Positions 11,779-30,040 of a stretch of 64,000 bases of DNA are shown here, piece after piece. This DNA is from an uncultured bacterium (GTDB taxonomy: Bacteria; Zixibacteria; MSB-5A5; CAIYYT01): positions 896,001-960,000 of the forward strand of contig CAVSCK010000004.1 in NCBI GenBank assembly GCA_963726455.1. Direction: 5' to 3'. Each line of letters begins with the position of its first letter. The first letter of the stretch is position 1. A model generated the notes under the pieces. It made no database searches. It saw only the letters and a program-made list of their open reading frames with translations, and was not told where the DNA came from. The position numbers and the translations under genes are program-made.

Positions 11779-11791
11779 AGACGCGTTTCTC

Positions 11792-12082
11792 CTACTTAAC
11801 TTTCGTGGTCTTCTCGGTCAACTTCTGTCCGGAGTGTCCCCGGAACGTGCGTGTCGGCGCAAACTCACCCAATTTGTGACCCACCATGTTCTCCGTAATG
11901 TAGACCGGGATGAACTTGTTGCCGTTATGAATCGCCAACGTGTGACCCACAAACTCAGGAGATATCGTAGAGCGCCGCGACCAAGTCTTTACAACTTTCT
12001 TATCACTGGTGGCATTAAGCCCCTCGATCTTCTTGAACAGACTCGGCTCGATGTATGGTCCTTTTTTCAGCGAACGGCTCAT
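11792..12082 (-). CDS. rpsS: 30S ribosomal protein S19
   Basis: [10 protein letters not shown]...[15 protein letters not shown]; start reassigned to ATG after GGAGG. Confidence 0.97.
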   Translation of the reverse strand: MSRSLKKGPYIEPSLFKKIEGLNATSDKKVVKTWSRRSTISPEFVGHTLAIHNGNKFIPVYITENMVGHKLGEFAPTRTFRGHSGQKLTEKTTKVK

Positions 12083-12101
12083 TGTTCCTCCAACGACTCT
12101 C

Positions 12102-12923
12102 CTACTTGCGCCTCTTGACAATCATCTTGTCAGAGGATTTTGTCTTGCGGGTCTTCAGACCCTTCGATTTCAAACCCCACGGCGAACAAGGGTGACGTCC
12201 GCCGGATGAACGGCCTTCGCCGCCACCCATCGGATGGTCAACCGGGTTCATGGCAACACCACGTACTGAGGGACGACGTCCCAACCAGCGCGAACGGCCG
12301 GCCTTGCCGAGGGAAATAGTGTCATGTTCGATATTGCCGACCTGGCCGATGGTGGCGAAACAGGTCAATTTGACGAGCCGGACTTCGTTCGACGGCATAC
12401 GCAGGTGGGCAAAATCACCCTCCTTTACCATCAACTGAATCATCGTGCCGGCGGAACGTCCCAGTTGGGCGCCTCTCCCCGGCTGCAATTCAACATTATG
12501 AATAAAGGTGCCGGGCGGAATCTTGCCGATCGGCATCGCGTTGCCGACCTTGATTTCGATATCTTCGCCGGACATGATCTTGTCACCGACCTTGAGGCCT
12601 TCCGGCGCGACGATATAACGCTTCTCGCCATCCGCGTAATGCAGCAGGGCGATGCGCGCCGAACGGTTGGGGTCATATTCAATCGAAGCAACGGTTGCCT
12701 CGATATTATGCTTGTTGCGCTTGAAATCTATGATACGATAAGCGCGCTTATGTCCACCGCCCCGGCAGAAGGCCGTAACCCGGCCGCGATTGTTGCGGCC
12801 GCCCGACTTGCGCATTGGCTCAAGCAGAGACTTCAACGGCTTATCGGCGGTGACCTCTTCGAACGTCGATACCGTCATGTGGCGGAGTCCGGGAGTGTGC
12901 GGTTTAAATGACTTAATTCCCAT
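12102..12923 (-). CDS. rplB: 50S ribosomal protein L2
   Basis: [31 protein letters not shown]. Confidence 0.98.
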   Translation of the reverse strand: MGIKSFKPHTPGLRHMTVSTFEEVTADKPLKSLLEPMRKSGGRNNRGRVTAFCRGGGHKRAYRIIDFKRNKHNIEATVASIEYDPNRSARIALLHYADGEKRYIVAPEGLKVGDKIMSGEDIEIKVGNAMPIGKIPPGTFIHNVELQPGRGAQLGRSAGTMIQLMVKEGDFAHLRMPSNEVRLVKLTCFATIGQVGNIEHDTISLGKAGRSRWLGRRPSVRGVAMNPVDHPMGGGEGRSSGGRHPCSPWGLKSKGLKTRKTKSSDKMIVKRRK

Positions 12924-12961
12924 AGTATTCTATCCTAACTGTAACTCTTCTACACTTCCGA

Positions 12962-13255
12962 TCAGATGTTCTCGAACTCGTTGATCTTCTGATCCTTCGC
13001 CAATTTGACGATTGCTTTCTTCCACTCGGGCGTAAATCCGGGATGATAGCGTCCCATCCGTCTTTCCTTGCCCGGGTTATTCAGGGTCATGACCTTCACG
13101 ACCTTCACGTTGTATAGCTTTTCCACCGCCAACTTGACATCGATCTTGTTGGCATCGCGGGCTACTTCAAAGACGTAGTCATTGAATTTCGCGCGCACTG
13201 CCAGCGACTTCTCGCTGATCAATAGCGTCTTCAGTACTTGCCGCGGGTCCTTCAT
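12962..13255 (-). CDS. rplW: 50S ribosomal protein L23
   Basis: ISEKS...YVFEVARDANKIDVK...WKKAIVKL. Confidence 0.95.
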   Translation of the reverse strand: MKDPRQVLKTLLISEKSLAVRAKFNDYVFEVARDANKIDVKLAVEKLYNVKVVKVMTLNNPGKERRMGRYHPGFTPEWKKAIVKLAKDQKINEFENI

Positions 13256-13881
13256 TTGCCAAATACCTCCTCGCACTCCTGTAGTCCGTTCGGAGTCAGG
13301 AGCAGATAATCGGCGCCAATGATGTCATAGGCGTTGACCAACGAGGCGCGTTTGTAAGTAAGCTTGGGGATGTTACGGCAGGACAGTTCCAGGTTATGAT
13401 CGATGCCCGTGTTCAGGAACAGAACCTTGCCGTCATTAACCTTGAGATCCGCCAGCATCTTCACGATAGTCTTCGTCTGCGGCTTTTCGAACGTCGGCGC
13501 GTCGACAACTTTCAGCTTGTCTCCCTGCACCTTCAAAGTCATTGCTGCCTGGATTGCCTGACGTTTCATCTTGCGCGGAATCTTGGTCTCATAGTCGCGC
13601 GGCTTGGGACCGAACGCCTGGCCGCCACCCGGCCATAACGGCGAGGTGTTACTGCCGGCGCGGGCACGACCGGTGCCTTTTTGCTTGAACGGCTTGACGC
13701 CGCCGCCGGATACTTCGGCACGTGTCAAAGTCGAATGCGTTCCCTGGCGCTGATTATTGAGATAGCGTTTGACCGACTGATGTATCGAAGTGAGCTTGGG
13801 GTCAACGCCAAACACTTTGTCAGACAGATTCCTTTCGCCTGTCTGCTGGCCCGTCGGAGAATATACTTTAGCGGTTGCCAT
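13252..13881 (-). CDS. rplD: 50S ribosomal protein L4
   Basis: RQGTHSTLTRAEVSGGG.KPFKQKGTGRARAG. Confidence 0.97.
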   Translation of the reverse strand: MATAKVYSPTGQQTGERNLSDKVFGVDPKLTSIHQSVKRYLNNQRQGTHSTLTRAEVSGGGVKPFKQKGTGRARAGSNTSPLWPGGGQAFGPKPRDYETKIPRKMKRQAIQAAMTLKVQGDKLKVVDAPTFEKPQTKTIVKMLADLKVNDGKVLFLNTGIDHNLELSCRNIPKLTYKRASLVNAYDIIGADYLLLTPNGLQECEEVFGK

Positions 13882-13884
13882 GGC

Positions 13885-14508
13885 TTATTTCTTTCTAATT
13901 CTGACGAATGTGTTCTTCTTGCCCGGAACAGCGCCTCTGACGGCGATTATGTTCGTTTCCGGATCTACCAGAACCACCTGAAGGTTCTTTACCGTGGTGG
14001 TGTTACCGCCCATCCTGCCAGCCATGCGCGTGCCTTTGAAGGTACGCGATGGATAGGAAGACGCACCCACTGAACCCGGTGCGCGCAAGCGGTCAGATTG
14101 ACCGTGTGTCTGGGGACCGCCGCGGAAATGGTGCAAGCGCACGACGCCCTGAAATCCAAGTCCCTTGCTCACCGAAATGACGTCGACTTTCTCGCCGACC
14201 CGGAACACATCAACACCGAACACCTGGCCGAGTTGGATTCCTTCAACGGAATCAAGCCGGACTTCACCAAGGCGCGCAAACGGCTTTACACCGGCACGCT
14301 TGAAATGTCCCAACAGCGGCTTGGTCGTAGTTTTTTCTTTCTTGTTGCCGAACCCAAGTTGAACGGCTTCGTAGCCTTCACTGTCCTTCTTCTTGATCTG
14401 GACAACCACATTCGGAGCGGCTTCCAAGAGCGTCACAGTCACGGCGATGCCTTTTTCATTGAACAGGCGCGACATACCCAGTTTACGTCCTAACAGCGCA
14501 TTCATCAT
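13885..14508 (-). CDS. rplC: 50S ribosomal protein L3
   Basis: LGRKLGM...SKGLGFQGVV...MAGRMG. Confidence 0.97.
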   Translation of the reverse strand: MMNALLGRKLGMSRLFNEKGIAVTVTLLEAAPNVVVQIKKKDSEGYEAVQLGFGNKKEKTTTKPLLGHFKRAGVKPFARLGEVRLDSVEGIQLGQVFGVDVFRVGEKVDVISVSKGLGFQGVVRLHHFRGGPQTHGQSDRLRAPGSVGASSYPSRTFKGTRMAGRMGGNTTTVKNLQVVLVDPETNIIAVRGAVPGKKNTFVRIRKK

Positions 14509-14517
14509 CGACCTCCC

Positions 14518-14832
14518 TTACACCTTTATCTCTACATCAACGCCGGCCGGCAGGTCGAGCTTGGAAAGAGCATCGAGTGTCTGCGGGGTCGAATCGTAAA
14601 TGTCGATCAGACGTTTATGCACACGGGTTTCGAACTGCTCGCGCGACTTCTTGTCGACATGCGGCGAACGCAATACCGTGTAAATCGTTTTCTTGGTCGG
14701 CAAGGGAATCGGGCCGGCAATTCGCGCGCCGGTACGCAGCGCGGTGCGGGCAATTTCCTTGGTCGATTTATCGAGTGAATAGTGATCGTACGCTTTGAGA
14801 CGTATCCGAATTTTCTGTGTAGTTGTCGTCAT
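14518..14832 (-). CDS. rpsJ: 30S ribosomal protein S10
   Basis: [10 protein letters not shown]...[15 protein letters not shown]. Confidence 0.97.
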   Translation of the reverse strand: MTTTTQKIRIRLKAYDHYSLDKSTKEIARTALRTGARIAGPIPLPTKKTIYTVLRSPHVDKKSREQFETRVHKRLIDIYDSTPQTLDALSKLDLPAGVDVEIKV

Positions 14833-14836
14833 GCTA

Positions 14837-16045
<1,209 letters not shown>

Positions 16046-16090
16046 TCTATCTGCTATCCTCCAGATATGTAAAAATCACAAACTTCTAAG

Positions 16091-18148
16091 TTACACCAAT
16101 TCCATCTTTTTCGCAAGTAGTTCTGGAACCGGGGCGTATTCGGCAAATTCCATCGTGTAGATCGCCCGTCCTTGAGAAAGCGACCGTAGACGCGTCGCAT
16201 ATCCGAACATCTCGCCCAATGGCACCAAAGCAGAGAGTATTTGGCCATCCGGCCGGCTATTGATACCCTTGATGGTGGCTCGGCGCGACCGGAGGTCGTT
16301 CATTACATCTCCCAGATATTCTTCCGGCAGAACGACTTCCACGTCCATAACCGGCTCCAGCAGAACCGGCTTGGCCTTGCGGCAACCCTCCTGAAACGCC
16401 ATCGACCCGGCAATCTTGAACGCCAGGTCGGAGGAGTCAACTTCATGGTACGAGCCGTCAAGCAGTCGTGCCAGAATGCCCGTAACCGGGTATCCGGCAA
16501 CAACACCATTAGTCATTGCCTCCTTGACGCCACGTTCCACCGATGGGATATATTCGTGCGGAATGGATCCGCCAACGATCTTGTTTTCGAACTTGAATTC
16601 CGTGCCGTTTCGCAGCGGCTCGAATTCCATTACGACATGGCCATACTGTCCTCGGCCACCGCTCTGGCGAACAAAACGACCTTCGGCCTCGACAGTAGTA
16701 GTGATAGTTTCCTTGTAAGCGACACGCGGGCTGCCGACATTGGCCTTTACCCCGAATTCCCGCAGCAGGCGGTCAATAATTATTTCCAGATGTAATTCGC
16801 CCATACCGGAGATGATTGTCTGACCTGTTTCCTCGTTAGACGTGACCCGGAATGTTGGGTCCTCATCCGACAACTTGCGCAGTGATTGATCGAGCTTCTC
16901 AAGATCGGCTTTTGTCTTCGGCTCAATGGCCACCGACACTACCGGCTCGGGAAACTTCATCATTTCCAGCAGGATAGGATGTTGCGTTTCGCAAAGCGTA
17001 TTGCCGGTCGTCGTAGCTTTCAGTCCGATCGCGGCGACAATATCGCCGGTTCTGGCCTCCGGCAAATCAGTACGCCGGTTGGCATGCATCAGTAACAACC
17101 TGGAGATGCGTTCCTTCTTATCGGTGTTGGCATTAAGAACCTGCCCGCCCGACTTGACAACTCCGGAGTATACTCTGAAATAGGTCAACTTTCCTACGTG
17201 CGGGTCGGTGGCAACCTTAAATGCCAGCGCCGCAAACGGCTCGTCATCTGACGGCTTTCTAACGACAATCTTTTCAGTACGAGGATGGTGTCCCTCCACC
17301 GGAGGAAGATCTACCGGTGACGGCAGGAAATCGACGATGGCGTCGAGTAATTTCTGCACGCCCTTATTCTTGAATGACGACCCTACCAGTACCGGGGTGA
17401 CTTTGCAGTCAATTGTCGCCTGCCTTAGCGCCTTTTTAATGCGATCCACCGGCGGCTCTTCATTGTTCAGAAACATTTCCAACAGATGGTCGTCATAATC
17501 CGAAATCGATTCGAGCATTTTTTCACGCCACTTGCGCGCCCGCTCCATCAAAGACTTGGGGATCTCGAGATCGTCATAGGTCATGCCCTGAGTCTCATCG
17601 TGATAAATTCTCATCTTCATTTCGATGAGTTCGATAACACCCGTAAACATGTCCCCTTCGCCCGTCGGTATCTGAATCGGAATAAATCTCGAACTGAGCC
17701 GTTTCCGCATCATTTCCAAACTCCCCTCAAACGAAGCGCCGATGCGGTCCATCTTGTTAATATAGGAGATGCGGGGCACGCCGTATTTGTCGGCCTGGCG
17801 CCAGACAGTCTCGGACTGCGGTTCGACACCGCCGACAGCACAGAAGATGGCGACGGCGCCGTCGAGAATGCGCAAGCTGCGCTCAACCTCGGCGGTAAAG
17901 TCGACATGTCCCGGGGTGTCAATGATGTTGATCTGGTAGTCATCCCAGTAACAGGTGGTGGCGGCCGACGTAATCGTAATTCCGCGTTCCTTCTCCTGCT
18001 CCATCCAGTCCATGGTCGCCGCGCCTTCATGCACCTCACCCATTCGATGCACCTTACCTGTGTAATACAGGATGCGCTCCGTGGTTGTGGTCTTGCCGGC
18101 GTCTATGTGAGCCATGATACCGATGTTTCTAAGTTTCTTAACGTCCAT
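16091..18148 (-). CDS. fusA: Elongation factor G
   Basis: [36 protein letters not shown]; start uncertain (18148 or 18172). Confidence 0.97.
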   Translation of the reverse strand: MDVKKLRNIGIMAHIDAGKTTTTERILYYTGKVHRMGEVHEGAATMDWMEQEKERGITITSAATTCYWDDYQINIIDTPGHVDFTAEVERSLRILDGAVAIFCAVGGVEPQSETVWRQADKYGVPRISYINKMDRIGASFEGSLEMMRKRLSSRFIPIQIPTGEGDMFTGVIELIEMKMRIYHDETQGMTYDDLEIPKSLMERARKWREKMLESISDYDDHLLEMFLNNEEPPVDRIKKALRQATIDCKVTPVLVGSSFKNKGVQKLLDAIVDFLPSPVDLPPVEGHHPRTEKIVVRKPSDDEPFAALAFKVATDPHVGKLTYFRVYSGVVKSGGQVLNANTDKKERISRLLLMHANRRTDLPEARTGDIVAAIGLKATTTGNTLCETQHPILLEMMKFPEPVVSVAIEPKTKADLEKLDQSLRKLSDEDPTFRVTSNEETGQTIISGMGELHLEIIIDRLLREFGVKANVGSPRVAYKETITTTVEAEGRFVRQSGGRGQYGHVVMEFEPLRNGTEFKFENKIVGGSIPHEYIPSVERGVKEAMTNGVVAGYPVTGILARLLDGSYHEVDSSDLAFKIAGSMAFQEGCRKAKPVLLEPVMDVEVVLPEEYLGDVMNDLRSRRATIKGINSRPDGQILSALVPLGEMFGYATRLRSLSQGRAIYTMEFAEYAPVPELLAKKMELV

Positions 18149-18223
18149 ATATCCAGATAAAAAAGTCTCCACTGAAATTTTTTCAACGTAACAAGCTTCA
18201 GCGGAGACTAACCGAGTTAGCTA

Positions 18224-18694
18224 TTACCAGCGGAAATGGGCAAAGGCCTTGTTGGCCTCCGCCATCCGGTGTGTATCCTCCCGTTTCTTGATGGCGGCTC
18301 CTTCGTTCTTGGATGCAGCCAGAAACTCCGTCGCCAACCTCTCCGCCATAGTCTTTTCGGAGCGATCCCGGGAGTAACCGATGATCCAGCGAAACGCAAG
18401 AGCCGTCCGACGGTCGGACGGGACTTCGACAGGCACCTGATAGGTGGCGCCGCCGACGCGGCGCGACTTGACTTCCAAAAGCGGCTTGACGTTGTTCAGG
18501 GCTTTGTAGAACACGTCCAGACCCTTCTGGTTGTGTTTCTTCTCGATGATTTCGAGCGCGTCGTAGAAGATATTCTCCGCTACGGATTTCTTGCCGCGCT
18601 CCATCAGGCAGTTGATAAACTGCGAAACTACCGTATCGCCATACAGCGGATCGGGCTTCCGGGGCCGTTTCTCGACGGCTTTCTTCCTTGGCAT
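18224..18694 (-). CDS. rpsG: 30S ribosomal protein S7
   Basis: [11 protein letters not shown]...[13 protein letters not shown]. Confidence 0.98.
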   Translation of the reverse strand: MPRKKAVEKRPRKPDPLYGDTVVSQFINCLMERGKKSVAENIFYDALEIIEKKHNQKGLDVFYKALNNVKPLLEVKSRRVGGATYQVPVEVPSDRRTALAFRWIIGYSRDRSEKTMAERLATEFLAASKNEGAAIKKREDTHRMAEANKAFAHFRW

Positions 18695-18715
18695 TTTATG
18701 ATATCTCCGCTTTCA

Positions 18716-19090
18716 CTATTTCTTCGCTCGCTTGGCGCCATATTTTGACCGACTGCGCATTCTGTTTTCCACTCCGGAAGCATCCATGGTGCCACGAATG
18801 ATGTGGTACCGAACGCCCGGCAAGTCCTTGACACGACCACCGCGGATCAGCACGATCGAGTGCTCTTGCAGATTATGACCGATACCGGGAATGTACGCAG
18901 TCACTTCCATCTGGTTGGTCAGCCGGACACGGGCAACTTTACGCAGCGCCGAGTTCGGCTTCTTCGGGGTCGATGTATATACGCGCGTACAGACACCGCG
19001 CTTCTGAGGGCTACCTTTAAGAGCGGGCGTACTCGTCTTGTGGAGCACTTGCTGTCTTCCCTTGCGAATAAGCTGATTAATTGTCGGCAA
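18716..19090 (-). CDS. rpsL: 30S ribosomal protein S12
   Basis: PTINQL...[16 protein letters not shown]...[10 protein letters not shown]. Confidence 0.99.
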   Translation of the reverse strand: MPTINQLIRKGRQQVLHKTSTPALKGSPQKRGVCTRVYTSTPKKPNSALRKVARVRLTNQMEVTAYIPGIGHNLQEHSIVLIRGGRVKDLPGVRYHIIRGTMDASGVENRMRSRSKYGAKRAKK

Positions 19091-19184
19091 ACTAATCCTT
19101 TCCTCTATTTATCTCGCCTGCGCGCCGAAAAAAGGCGCAAAAATCCGAAACAAGACTTTTAATATAGAGTCGAGCCCTGGAGTG

Positions 19185-22100
19185 TCAAGCGTTTTCTTGT
19201 ATAATTTCCGCTTCCTCAGGCGTACTCTTGGCTCCCGGCTTCTCCACATCCAACTCGATCGAACGGTAGTGCTTCATCCCGGTTCCGGCCGGAATCAAAT
19301 GTCCGATAATGACATTCTCCTTCAGACCCTGCAACTTGTCCTCTTTCCCAGCTACTGCCGCTTCGGTCAGGACCTTGGTGGTTTCCTGGAAAGAAGCCGC
19401 TGAGAAGAAGCTTTCCGTCGACAACGATGCGCGCGTAATACCCAGCAACAAGTCGCGGGAAGTCGCCGGCTCACCGCCTTCAGCCATGACACGCTCGTTA
19501 TCCTCACGGAAGCGGTTCTTGTCAACCTTCTCTCCCTCAAGGAAGTTCGTGTCACCAACTTCTTCGACCTGAACCTTCTGCAACATCTGGCGGACGATCA
19601 CTTCAAAATGCTTGTCGTTGATCTTCACGCCCTGCAGACGATAGACTTCCTGGACTTCGTTCACCAGGTATTCCTGCACCTTGTTCGTACCCAGAATACG
19701 CAACATGTCGTGCGGGTCGATTGCACCCTCGCAAAGACGATCACCGGCGCTGACACGGTCACCCGTATGTACGCGCATGTGCTTGCCGTGCGGGACGAGA
19801 TACTCGGTCACGTCACCCTCGGCCGTCTTCACGAATATTTGCGTGTTACCGCGAATGATCTTGCCGTATTCGACAGCGCCGTCGATATCGGATATCACGG
19901 CGGGATCGCGTGGCTTGCGAACTTCGAACAGCTCCGCCACTCGTGGCAGACCTCCCGTGATGTCGCGCGTTTTGGAGATATCGCGCGGAATCTTGGCGAC
20001 AGCCGCACCCGCGGCAACTTCGTCACCATTGCGAACCTCAAGATACGCGCCGGTGGGAATCGAATACGAGGCGCGCTTCTTGCCGGTCTTGTCGATCACA
20101 TTGATCTGCGGCAACAACGTCTTTTCGCGCTGTTCGATAATCCAAACCTGCATCAGGCCTGTAATTTCGTCCAGCTCTTCGCGCATCGACACGCCTTCAA
20201 CAATATCCTGATACTGCACTGTACCGGAGACTTCCGTGAGAATCTCGTTGGTGTACGGTTCCCACTCAAAGATCACTGTGCCCTTTTCGGCATCATCCGG
20301 TGAAGACTGCGGGTCGACCTTATATACTTGGTCACCATCGCTAACTCTCACTACGGCGGCATACGGAATCTTATAAGTGGCTCGCGTGCGGTTCAACGCA
20401 TCGAACACCTTCACTTCACCATCGCGGCTGACCGCGACTACGTTCCCGTCGCCACGAACGATCGTTCGTATGTTGTGGAATTCCACGTGGCCGTCGGCCC
20501 GTGCGCGCACCTGCGACGATTCGGTAATACGCGCCGCCGTACCACCGATGTGGAAGGTTCGCAGTGTAAGCTGCGTGCCCGGCTCGCCAATTGACTGTGC
20601 CGCCACAACGCCCACTGCTTCGCCCAGTTGCACCATTCTGTTGGTGGCAAGATTTCTTCCGTAGCAAGCGGCGCAAACGCCGCGTCTGGATTCGCAGGTC
20701 AACACCGAACGGATGTATACCGTTTCGATGCCGGCCTCCTCCACGGCTCTGGCCGAATCTTCATCTATTTCCCGACCCGCTTCGACCAGAATCTTGTCCG
20801 GTTGAATTGGATCAAACACATCTTCGAGCGTGACACGACCGACAATACGATCTTGCAGCGACTCAATGACTTCTTCGCCGTCTTTCAATGCGGAAATGCG
20901 CAGGCCCAACACCGTGCCGCAATCGGGCTCGGTGATAATGACATCTTGCGCCACGTCGACGAGTCGGCGCGTCAGGTAACCGGCGTCTGCCGTTTTCAGT
21001 GCCGTGTCCGCCAGACCTTTGCGCGCGCCGTGCGTACTGATGAAGTACTCCAGCACGTTCAGTCCTTCGCGGAAATTAGCGATAATCGGAGACTCGATAA
21101 TTTCACCGACCTGACCGGTGATACGCTTTTGCGGTTTGGCCATCAGTCCGCGCATGCCGGCCAACTGGCGAATCTGATCTTTCGAGGATCGCGCGCCCGA
21201 GTCGGCCATCATGAACACCGGATTGAAACCATCTTTTTCCTTGGCCATGCCCTTGAACATTTCCTCGGCGACTTCCGAAGTCGTGCGCGTCCAGGTGTCG
21301 ATTACCTTGTTGTAACGTTCACCGTTGGTGATAACACCCTGCTCGTACGCCTTCTGAATGTCCGCAACTTCCTTGGTTGCCTGCGTAATGAGACCTTTTT
21401 TGCTGGCGGGAATCGACAGGTCGTCGATACTCACCGTCACGCCGGCCAAAGTTGCATATTCAAAACCGATGTTTTTCAGTTTGTCGAGGAAATCGGCCGT
21501 GCGCACATTGCCCAATTGGCCATGGGCCTGCAGAATCAGTTCCTCAAGATTCTTTCGCGTAGCTGCCTTGTTGAAGAACTCCAATTCATCGGGGAAGATT
21601 TCATGAAAGAGAATTCGTCCCAACGTGGTCTCCAACAGAGAAGCTTTGTATTCAACTTTGACCAGGGCATGCAGTCCGACTTGCCCGGACGCATAGGCAA
21701 ACAACGCCTCATCCAACGACGAAAAGATCATCCCGTGGCCTTTGTCATTCGGTTTGGCTTTCGTCAGATAGTGACAGCCGATAACGATATCCTGTGACGG
21801 AGTCGCTACGGGTCGGCCGCTTGACGGAAGCAATATGTTGTTTACCGACAGCATCAGAATACGTGCTTCGAGCTGTGCTTCAAACGACAGCGGCACATGC
21901 ACCGCCATCTGGTCACCGTCAAAGTCAGCGTTGAACGCCGCGCAGACCAGCGGATGCAGACGGATGGCTTTGCCTTCCACGAGCACCGGATAGAATGCCT
22001 GAATACCCAGACGATGCAAAGTCGGTGCGCGGTTCAACAGCACCGGATGGTCGGCGATAATCTCTTCGAGAATATCCCATACTTCCGGACGTTCGCGCTC

Positions 22101-23294
22101 GACCAACTTCTTGGCGCTTTTTACGGTCTGCACATAGCCCTTTTCTTCGAGCTTCATAATGATGAAGGGCTTGAACAGTTCCAGCGCCATGGTCTTGGGC
22201 AGGCCGCACTGGTGCAAATGCAATTCCGGTCCAACGACGATTACCGAACGACCAGAGTAGTCGACGCGCTTACCAAGCAGGTTCTGGCGGAAACGACCCT
22301 GTTTGCCCTTGAGCAAATCCGAAAGCGACTTCAGCGGCCGCTTGGAATCACCGCGCACTGAGTTGGTGCGACGGCCGTTATCAAAGAGCGCATCCACCGC
22401 TTCCTGCAACATGCGCTTTTCGTTGCGCAGAATGACTTCAGGGGCGCGAATGTCGATCAGCTTTTTCAGCCGGTTGTTGCGATTGATTACGCGCCGATAA
22501 AGGTCGTTCAAGTCGGAAGTCGCAAACCGACCGCCTTCCAACGGCACCAACGGCCGCAGGTCGGGCGGAATAACCGGTATGCGCGACATGATCATCCATT
22601 CCGGATGATTATTGGACTGGCGGAACGCCTCGATCACACGCAGGCGTTTCAATGTGTCTTTCTTTCTCTGAGCCGAAGTCTCAACCTTGACCTGGGCGCG
22701 TAGCGAGATCGACAGCTCTTCGATGTCAACCCTCTTCAAAAGCATCTGAATGGCTTCGGCGCCCATCTTGGCTTCGAACTGCTTGCCGGACGAATCGAGC
22801 TCGGCAAACTCCTCTTCGGTAATGATGTCCTTCTCTTTGTATGATGTATTGCCCGGATCAACCATGATGTAGTTTTCATAGTAGAGGATGCGTTCGAGAT
22901 CGCGGACGGACAAATCGAGAAGGTAGCCGATGCGGGACGGCAATGACTTGAAATACCAAATATGTGAAACCGGTACGGCCAGATCGATGTGACCCATGCG
23001 TTCACGGCGAACCTTGGCTTGCGTAACTTCCACACCGCAACGATCGCAGACGATGCCACGGAAGCGGATGCGCTTGTACTTGCCGCACGAGCACTCCCAA
23101 TCCTTCACGGGACCAAATATGCGTTCGCAGAACAGGCCGTCACGTTCCGGCTTGAATGATCTGTAATTTATCGTCTCCGGCTTGGTAACCTCACCATATG
23201 ACCAGGAGAGGATGACCTCCGGCGAAGCCAGCTGTATTTTTATTGCGCTGAAGTCCGAGGGTCGCTTCTGAATCTTCGCGGAAAAATCGACCAC
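19185..23294 (-). CDS. rpoC: RNA polymerase beta' subunit
   Basis: [12 protein letters not shown] catalytic motif, N-terminal Zn ribbon, GEPGTQLT. Confidence 0.99.
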   Translation of the reverse strand: MVDFSAKIQKRPSDFSAIKIQLASPEVILSWSYGEVTKPETINYRSFKPERDGLFCERIFGPVKDWECSCGKYKRIRFRGIVCDRCGVEVTQAKVRRERMGHIDLAVPVSHIWYFKSLPSRIGYLLDLSVRDLERILYYENYIMVDPGNTSYKEKDIITEEEFAELDSSGKQFEAKMGAEAIQMLLKRVDIEELSISLRAQVKVETSAQRKKDTLKRLRVIEAFRQSNNHPEWMIMSRIPVIPPDLRPLVPLEGGRFATSDLNDLYRRVINRNNRLKKLIDIRAPEVILRNEKRMLQEAVDALFDNGRRTNSVRGDSKRPLKSLSDLLKGKQGRFRQNLLGKRVDYSGRSVIVVGPELHLHQCGLPKTMALELFKPFIIMKLEEKGYVQTVKSAKKLVERERPEVWDILEEIIADHPVLLNRAPTLHRLGIQAFYPVLVEGKAIRLHPLVCAAFNADFDGDQMAVHVPLSFEAQLEARILMLSVNNILLPSSGRPVATPSQDIVIGCHYLTKAKPNDKGHGMIFSSLDEALFAYASGQVGLHALVKVEYKASLLETTLGRILFHEIFPDELEFFNKAATRKNLEELILQAHGQLGNVRTADFLDKLKNIGFEYATLAGVTVSIDDLSIPASKKGLITQATKEVADIQKAYEQGVITNGERYNKVIDTWTRTTSEVAEEMFKGMAKEKDGFNPVFMMADSGARSSKDQIRQLAGMRGLMAKPQKRITGQVGEIIESPIIANFREGLNVLEYFISTHGARKGLADTALKTADAGYLTRRLVDVAQDVIITEPDCGTVLGLRISALKDGEEVIESLQDRIVGRVTLEDVFDPIQPDKILVEAGREIDEDSARAVEEAGIETVYIRSVLTCESRRGVCAACYGRNLATNRMVQLGEAVGVVAAQSIGEPGTQLTLRTFHIGGTAARITESSQVRARADGHVEFHNIRTIVRGDGNVVAVSRDGEVKVFDALNRTRATYKIPYAAVVRVSDGDQVYKVDPQSSPDDAEKGTVIFEWEPYTNEILTEVSGTVQYQDIVEGVSMREELDEITGLMQVWIIEQREKTLLPQINVIDKTGKKRASYSIPTGAYLEVRNGDEVAAGAAVAKIPRDISKTRDITGGLPRVAELFEVRKPRDPAVISDIDGAVEYGKIIRGNTQIFVKTAEGDVTEYLVPHGKHMRVHTGDRVSAGDRLCEGAIDPHDMLRILGTNKVQEYLVNEVQEVYRLQGVKINDKHFEVIVRQMLQKVQVEEVGDTNFLEGEKVDKNRFREDNERVMAEGGEPATSRDLLLGITRASLSTESFFSAASFQETTKVLTEAAVAGKEDKLQGLKENVIIGHLIPAGTGMKHYRSIELDVEKPGAKSTPEEAEIIQENA

Positions 23295-23330
23295 TGGGAT
23301 ACCTCCTTCACCTCTGCTTGGGTTTCCCGA

Positions 23331-27132
<3,802 letters not shown>

Positions 27133-27225
27133 GAGATCACTCTCCTTTAAGAATAGACTTTGTCACTTTGACAGCTTTCTTCCCGGAAAGGTACTATGCC
27201 CCCACCGATCGATGAAAACCTTCCA

Positions 27226-27309
27226 CAAAAAAGAAAAAACATCCTAAATTCGATAACGTTCCCGTAAATTTAGGACAAAGAAGACCCGATCCCTTGTGAG
27301 ACCGGGTCT
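27226..27309 (-). terminator. Tandem hairpins/attenuator between rplL and rpoB
   Basis: AGACCCG..CGGGTCT hairpin, then TCCTAAATT..AATTTAGGA hairpin followed by a long T-run on the minus strand. Confidence 0.6.
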
Positions 27310-27322
27310 GTAAACACAAAAA

Positions 27323-27706
27323 CTACTTAATGTCAATCTGAGCGCCGACTTCTTCCAACTTCGCCTTCATCGACAGGGCCTCATCCTTCGAGACACCTTC
27401 TTTGACTGGATTCGGGCACTTATCCACTAAGTCTTTGGCTTCCTTCAGGCCGAGCCCGGTCAGCTCGCGGACTACTTTGATGACCTGAATCTTCTTGTCG
27501 CCGGCAGAGTTCAACATTACGTTGAATTCCGTCTGCTCGACAGCCGCTTCCGCGCCACCCGCGGCAACGCCCTGCATTGGGCCTGCCATCATCGGCATGG
27601 CGGCGCTGACTCCGAACTTCTCCTGCAGGGCAGAAGACAGATCGGCCAACTCCATCACGGTCAATCCCGCTATCTCGTCAACGAGCTTCACTACTTTGTC
27701 TGACAC
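27323..27706 (-). CDS. rplL: 50S ribosomal protein L7/L12
   Basis: EQTEFNV...[23 protein letters not shown]; GTG start after AAGGAG. Confidence 0.96.
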   Translation of the reverse strand: MSDKVVKLVDEIAGLTVMELADLSSALQEKFGVSAAMPMMAGPMQGVAAGGAEAAVEQTEFNVMLNSAGDKKIQVIKVVRELTGLGLKEAKDLVDKCPNPVKEGVSKDEALSMKAKLEEVGAQIDIK

Positions 27707-27813
27707 GTCGAAATCTCCTTGCTTCAATTCTGCTTGCCTCTGGTCTCAAAACCTGCCGCGAGTGCGTATGAACGGCCGGCCACCTTCACGGTGCTGATCA
27801 AACCGATGGGCAA

Positions 27814-28338
27814 TTATTGTGACTTACTTTGCTTCTCTTTCAGCGCTTCGACCGTTCCAATGAAATCGCGTGTCACGGCGTTCAGCGTAGCCACGAAATT
27901 CTGTAGCGGCGCCGTAATGTTGCCGACTACCATGGCGATTAATTGCTCCCGGCCCGGCAGCTTCGCAATACGCTCGGCTTCCACGCCTGAATAGTGACGG
28001 CCTTCGACAAAGATTGCCTTTATCTTCGGCTTCTCATTGGTCTTGCCAAAATCGAAAAGGACCTTGGCCATCGGCCCCGGATCTTCCGTGCCAAATGCGA
28101 TGGCCGTCGGACCGGTCAGATAGCTGTCGATCTCATTGTAACCCGCCTCGTGAGCGGCGATCTTCAGCAATGTGTTCTTGGCGACTAGATATCCGACGCT
28201 TTTCTGTCGAAGCTCCTTACGCAGAAGCGTTGCCTTCTCGACGGTCAGACCGGAATAGTCTGTCACAGCGATTGAGGCAGCGTGTCGAAACTTCTCGGTA
28301 AGCGCGGCTACCTGGTCTACTTTCTGTTGATTTGCCAT
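27814..28338 (-). CDS. rplJ: 50S ribosomal protein L10
   Basis: DYSGLTV...LRKELR...[10 protein letters not shown]...LTGPTAIAF. Confidence 0.96.
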   Translation of the reverse strand: MANQQKVDQVAALTEKFRHAASIAVTDYSGLTVEKATLLRKELRQKSVGYLVAKNTLLKIAAHEAGYNEIDSYLTGPTAIAFGTEDPGPMAKVLFDFGKTNEKPKIKAIFVEGRHYSGVEAERIAKLPGREQLIAMVVGNITAPLQNFVATLNAVTRDFIGTVEALKEKQSKSQ

Positions 28339-28360
28339 TTATTATTAACTCCCGTTTTCT

Positions 28361-29065
28361 TTACGCCTTCAGCCGCGCCAGCAGATCGTTCGGCGCGAGT
28401 TTGATACCCACTCCCATCGTCGAACTGATCCCTACGTTCTTCAAATATGTACCTTTGGCCGAGGACGGTCTGGCCTTCACGATGGCGTCCATAAACGTCA
28501 TCGCGTTCTGTACCAGTGCCTCCGCCGTGAATGAGACCTTGCCAATCGGCACGCCGATGTTGCCGGTCTTGTCAACGCGATATTCAATCTTGCCCGCCTT
28601 GATTTCGCGCACTGCTTTGCTGACATCGTTCGTCACAGTGCCTGCTTTCGGATTCGGCATCAGGCCGCGCGGACCCAGAAGCTTGCCCAACGGACCCAGC
28701 TTGCTCATCATGTCGGGGGTGGCCACGATCACGTCGATATCGGCCCAACCGGCCTTCAATTTCTCAAGATACTCTTCATTGCCGACATGGTCGGCGCCGG
28801 CGTCACGAGCTTCCTGTTCCTTCTCGCCCTTGGTAATAACGAGAATCCGAACTTTCTTGCCCGTTCCGTTCGGCAGCGCCACCGTGCCGCGCACCATCTG
28901 ATCGGCCTGCTTGGGATCCACGCCGAGACGAACAGACATCTCAACCGTCTCGTCAAACTTGGCAAAGGCGGTTTCCTTCACCTTGGCCACCGCTTCCTCT
29001 ATATTAAAGGAAGTGGCGGTGCCGATCTTCTCTTTAGCCGCTTTATATTTCTTGCCGACTGCCAT
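28361..29065 (-). CDS. rplA: 50S ribosomal protein L1
   Basis: KFDETVE...[15 protein letters not shown]. Confidence 0.98.
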   Translation of the reverse strand: MAVGKKYKAAKEKIGTATSFNIEEAVAKVKETAFAKFDETVEMSVRLGVDPKQADQMVRGTVALPNGTGKKVRILVITKGEKEQEARDAGADHVGNEEYLEKLKAGWADIDVIVATPDMMSKLGPLGKLLGPRGLMPNPKAGTVTNDVSKAVREIKAGKIEYRVDKTGNIGVPIGKVSFTAEALVQNAMTFMDAIVKARPSSAKGTYLKNVGISSTMGVGIKLAPNDLLARLKA

Positions 29066-29067
29066 AA

Positions 29068-29493
29068 TTAACCTTCTACCTCCAACCCCATGCTGCGTGC
29101 CGTGCCGGCTACCATGCTCATTGCCGTCTCCAGAGATGCGGCATTGAGATCCGCCATCTTCAGTTGGGCAATTTCGCGTACCTGCGCCGAGGTTACCTTG
29201 CCAACCTTGTTGCGATTCGGTTCGCCGGAACCCTTCGGCAGTTTGGATGCCCTGAGCAAAAGCACGGCTGCGGGCGGAGTCTTGGTTATGAATGTGAACG
29301 TCTTGTCCGCGAATACGGTGATTACTACGGGGATGACCAAACCTGACTGATCCTGAGTTCGAGCGTTGAACGCCTTGCAGAACTCCATAATATTGACACC
29401 CTTCTGGCCCAGAGCCGGGCCAACGGGCGGAGCAGGGGTGGCGCTTCCCGCGGGAATCTGCAGCTTGATATATCCTGTGATCTTCTTTGCCAC
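29068..29493 (-). CDS. rplK: 50S ribosomal protein L11
   Basis: [27 protein letters not shown]. Confidence 0.98.
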   Translation of the reverse strand: MAKKITGYIKLQIPAGSATPAPPVGPALGQKGVNIMEFCKAFNARTQDQSGLVIPVVITVFADKTFTFITKTPPAAVLLLRASKLPKGSGEPNRNKVGKVTSAQVREIAQLKMADLNAASLETAMSMVAGTARSMGLEVEG

Positions 29494-29507
29494 TTTGCGA
29501 ATTCCTC

Positions 29508-30038
29508 CTAAACCGACTCTATCTGCAGAAAATCAAGCTCCACGGGTGTCGGACGCCCGAATATGGAAACCATCACTTTGACTTTCTTACGCTCGATATT
29601 TATTTCCGATACAAATCCCGTGAAATCGGCAAACGGTCCGTCAATCACTTTGACCTGATCACCGGCACGCCACGGTACTTCGTCGACTTCCACTTCCCGC
29701 TTGCTGTCCATCTTGCCGACCATCCGGTTGACCTCGTCTTCTTTGAGGGCGGTCGGCTTGCCGCTGGAACCGACGAAGTTGGTTATGCCGGGAGTGTTGA
29801 TGATCACTTGCTGGAGAACCTTGTCAAGTTCGACCTCGATCAAGAGATATGACGGCAGGAACTTCTTGGTAGTCGTCGCCCGCTTTCCCATCTTCATCTC
29901 GGTCACTTCCTCGGTCGGAATCAGAATCTGTCCGAACTTCTCGGTCAGACCCTCGGTGGCAATCGTCTTCTCCAGATGGCGTTTGGCCTTCTGTTCTTGC
30001 CCCGAATAAGTATGAACTGCGTACCACATTTTCGTCAT
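29508..30038 (-). CDS. nusG: Transcription termination/antitermination factor NusG
   Basis: [15 protein letters not shown]; KOW motif [14 protein letters not shown]; [11 protein letters not shown]. Confidence 0.97.
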   Translation of the reverse strand: MTKMWYAVHTYSGQEQKAKRHLEKTIATEGLTEKFGQILIPTEEVTEMKMGKRATTTKKFLPSYLLIEVELDKVLQQVIINTPGITNFVGSSGKPTALKEDEVNRMVGKMDSKREVEVDEVPWRAGDQVKVIDGPFADFTGFVSEINIERKKVKVMVSIFGRPTPVELDFLQIESV

Positions 30039-30040
30039 GC

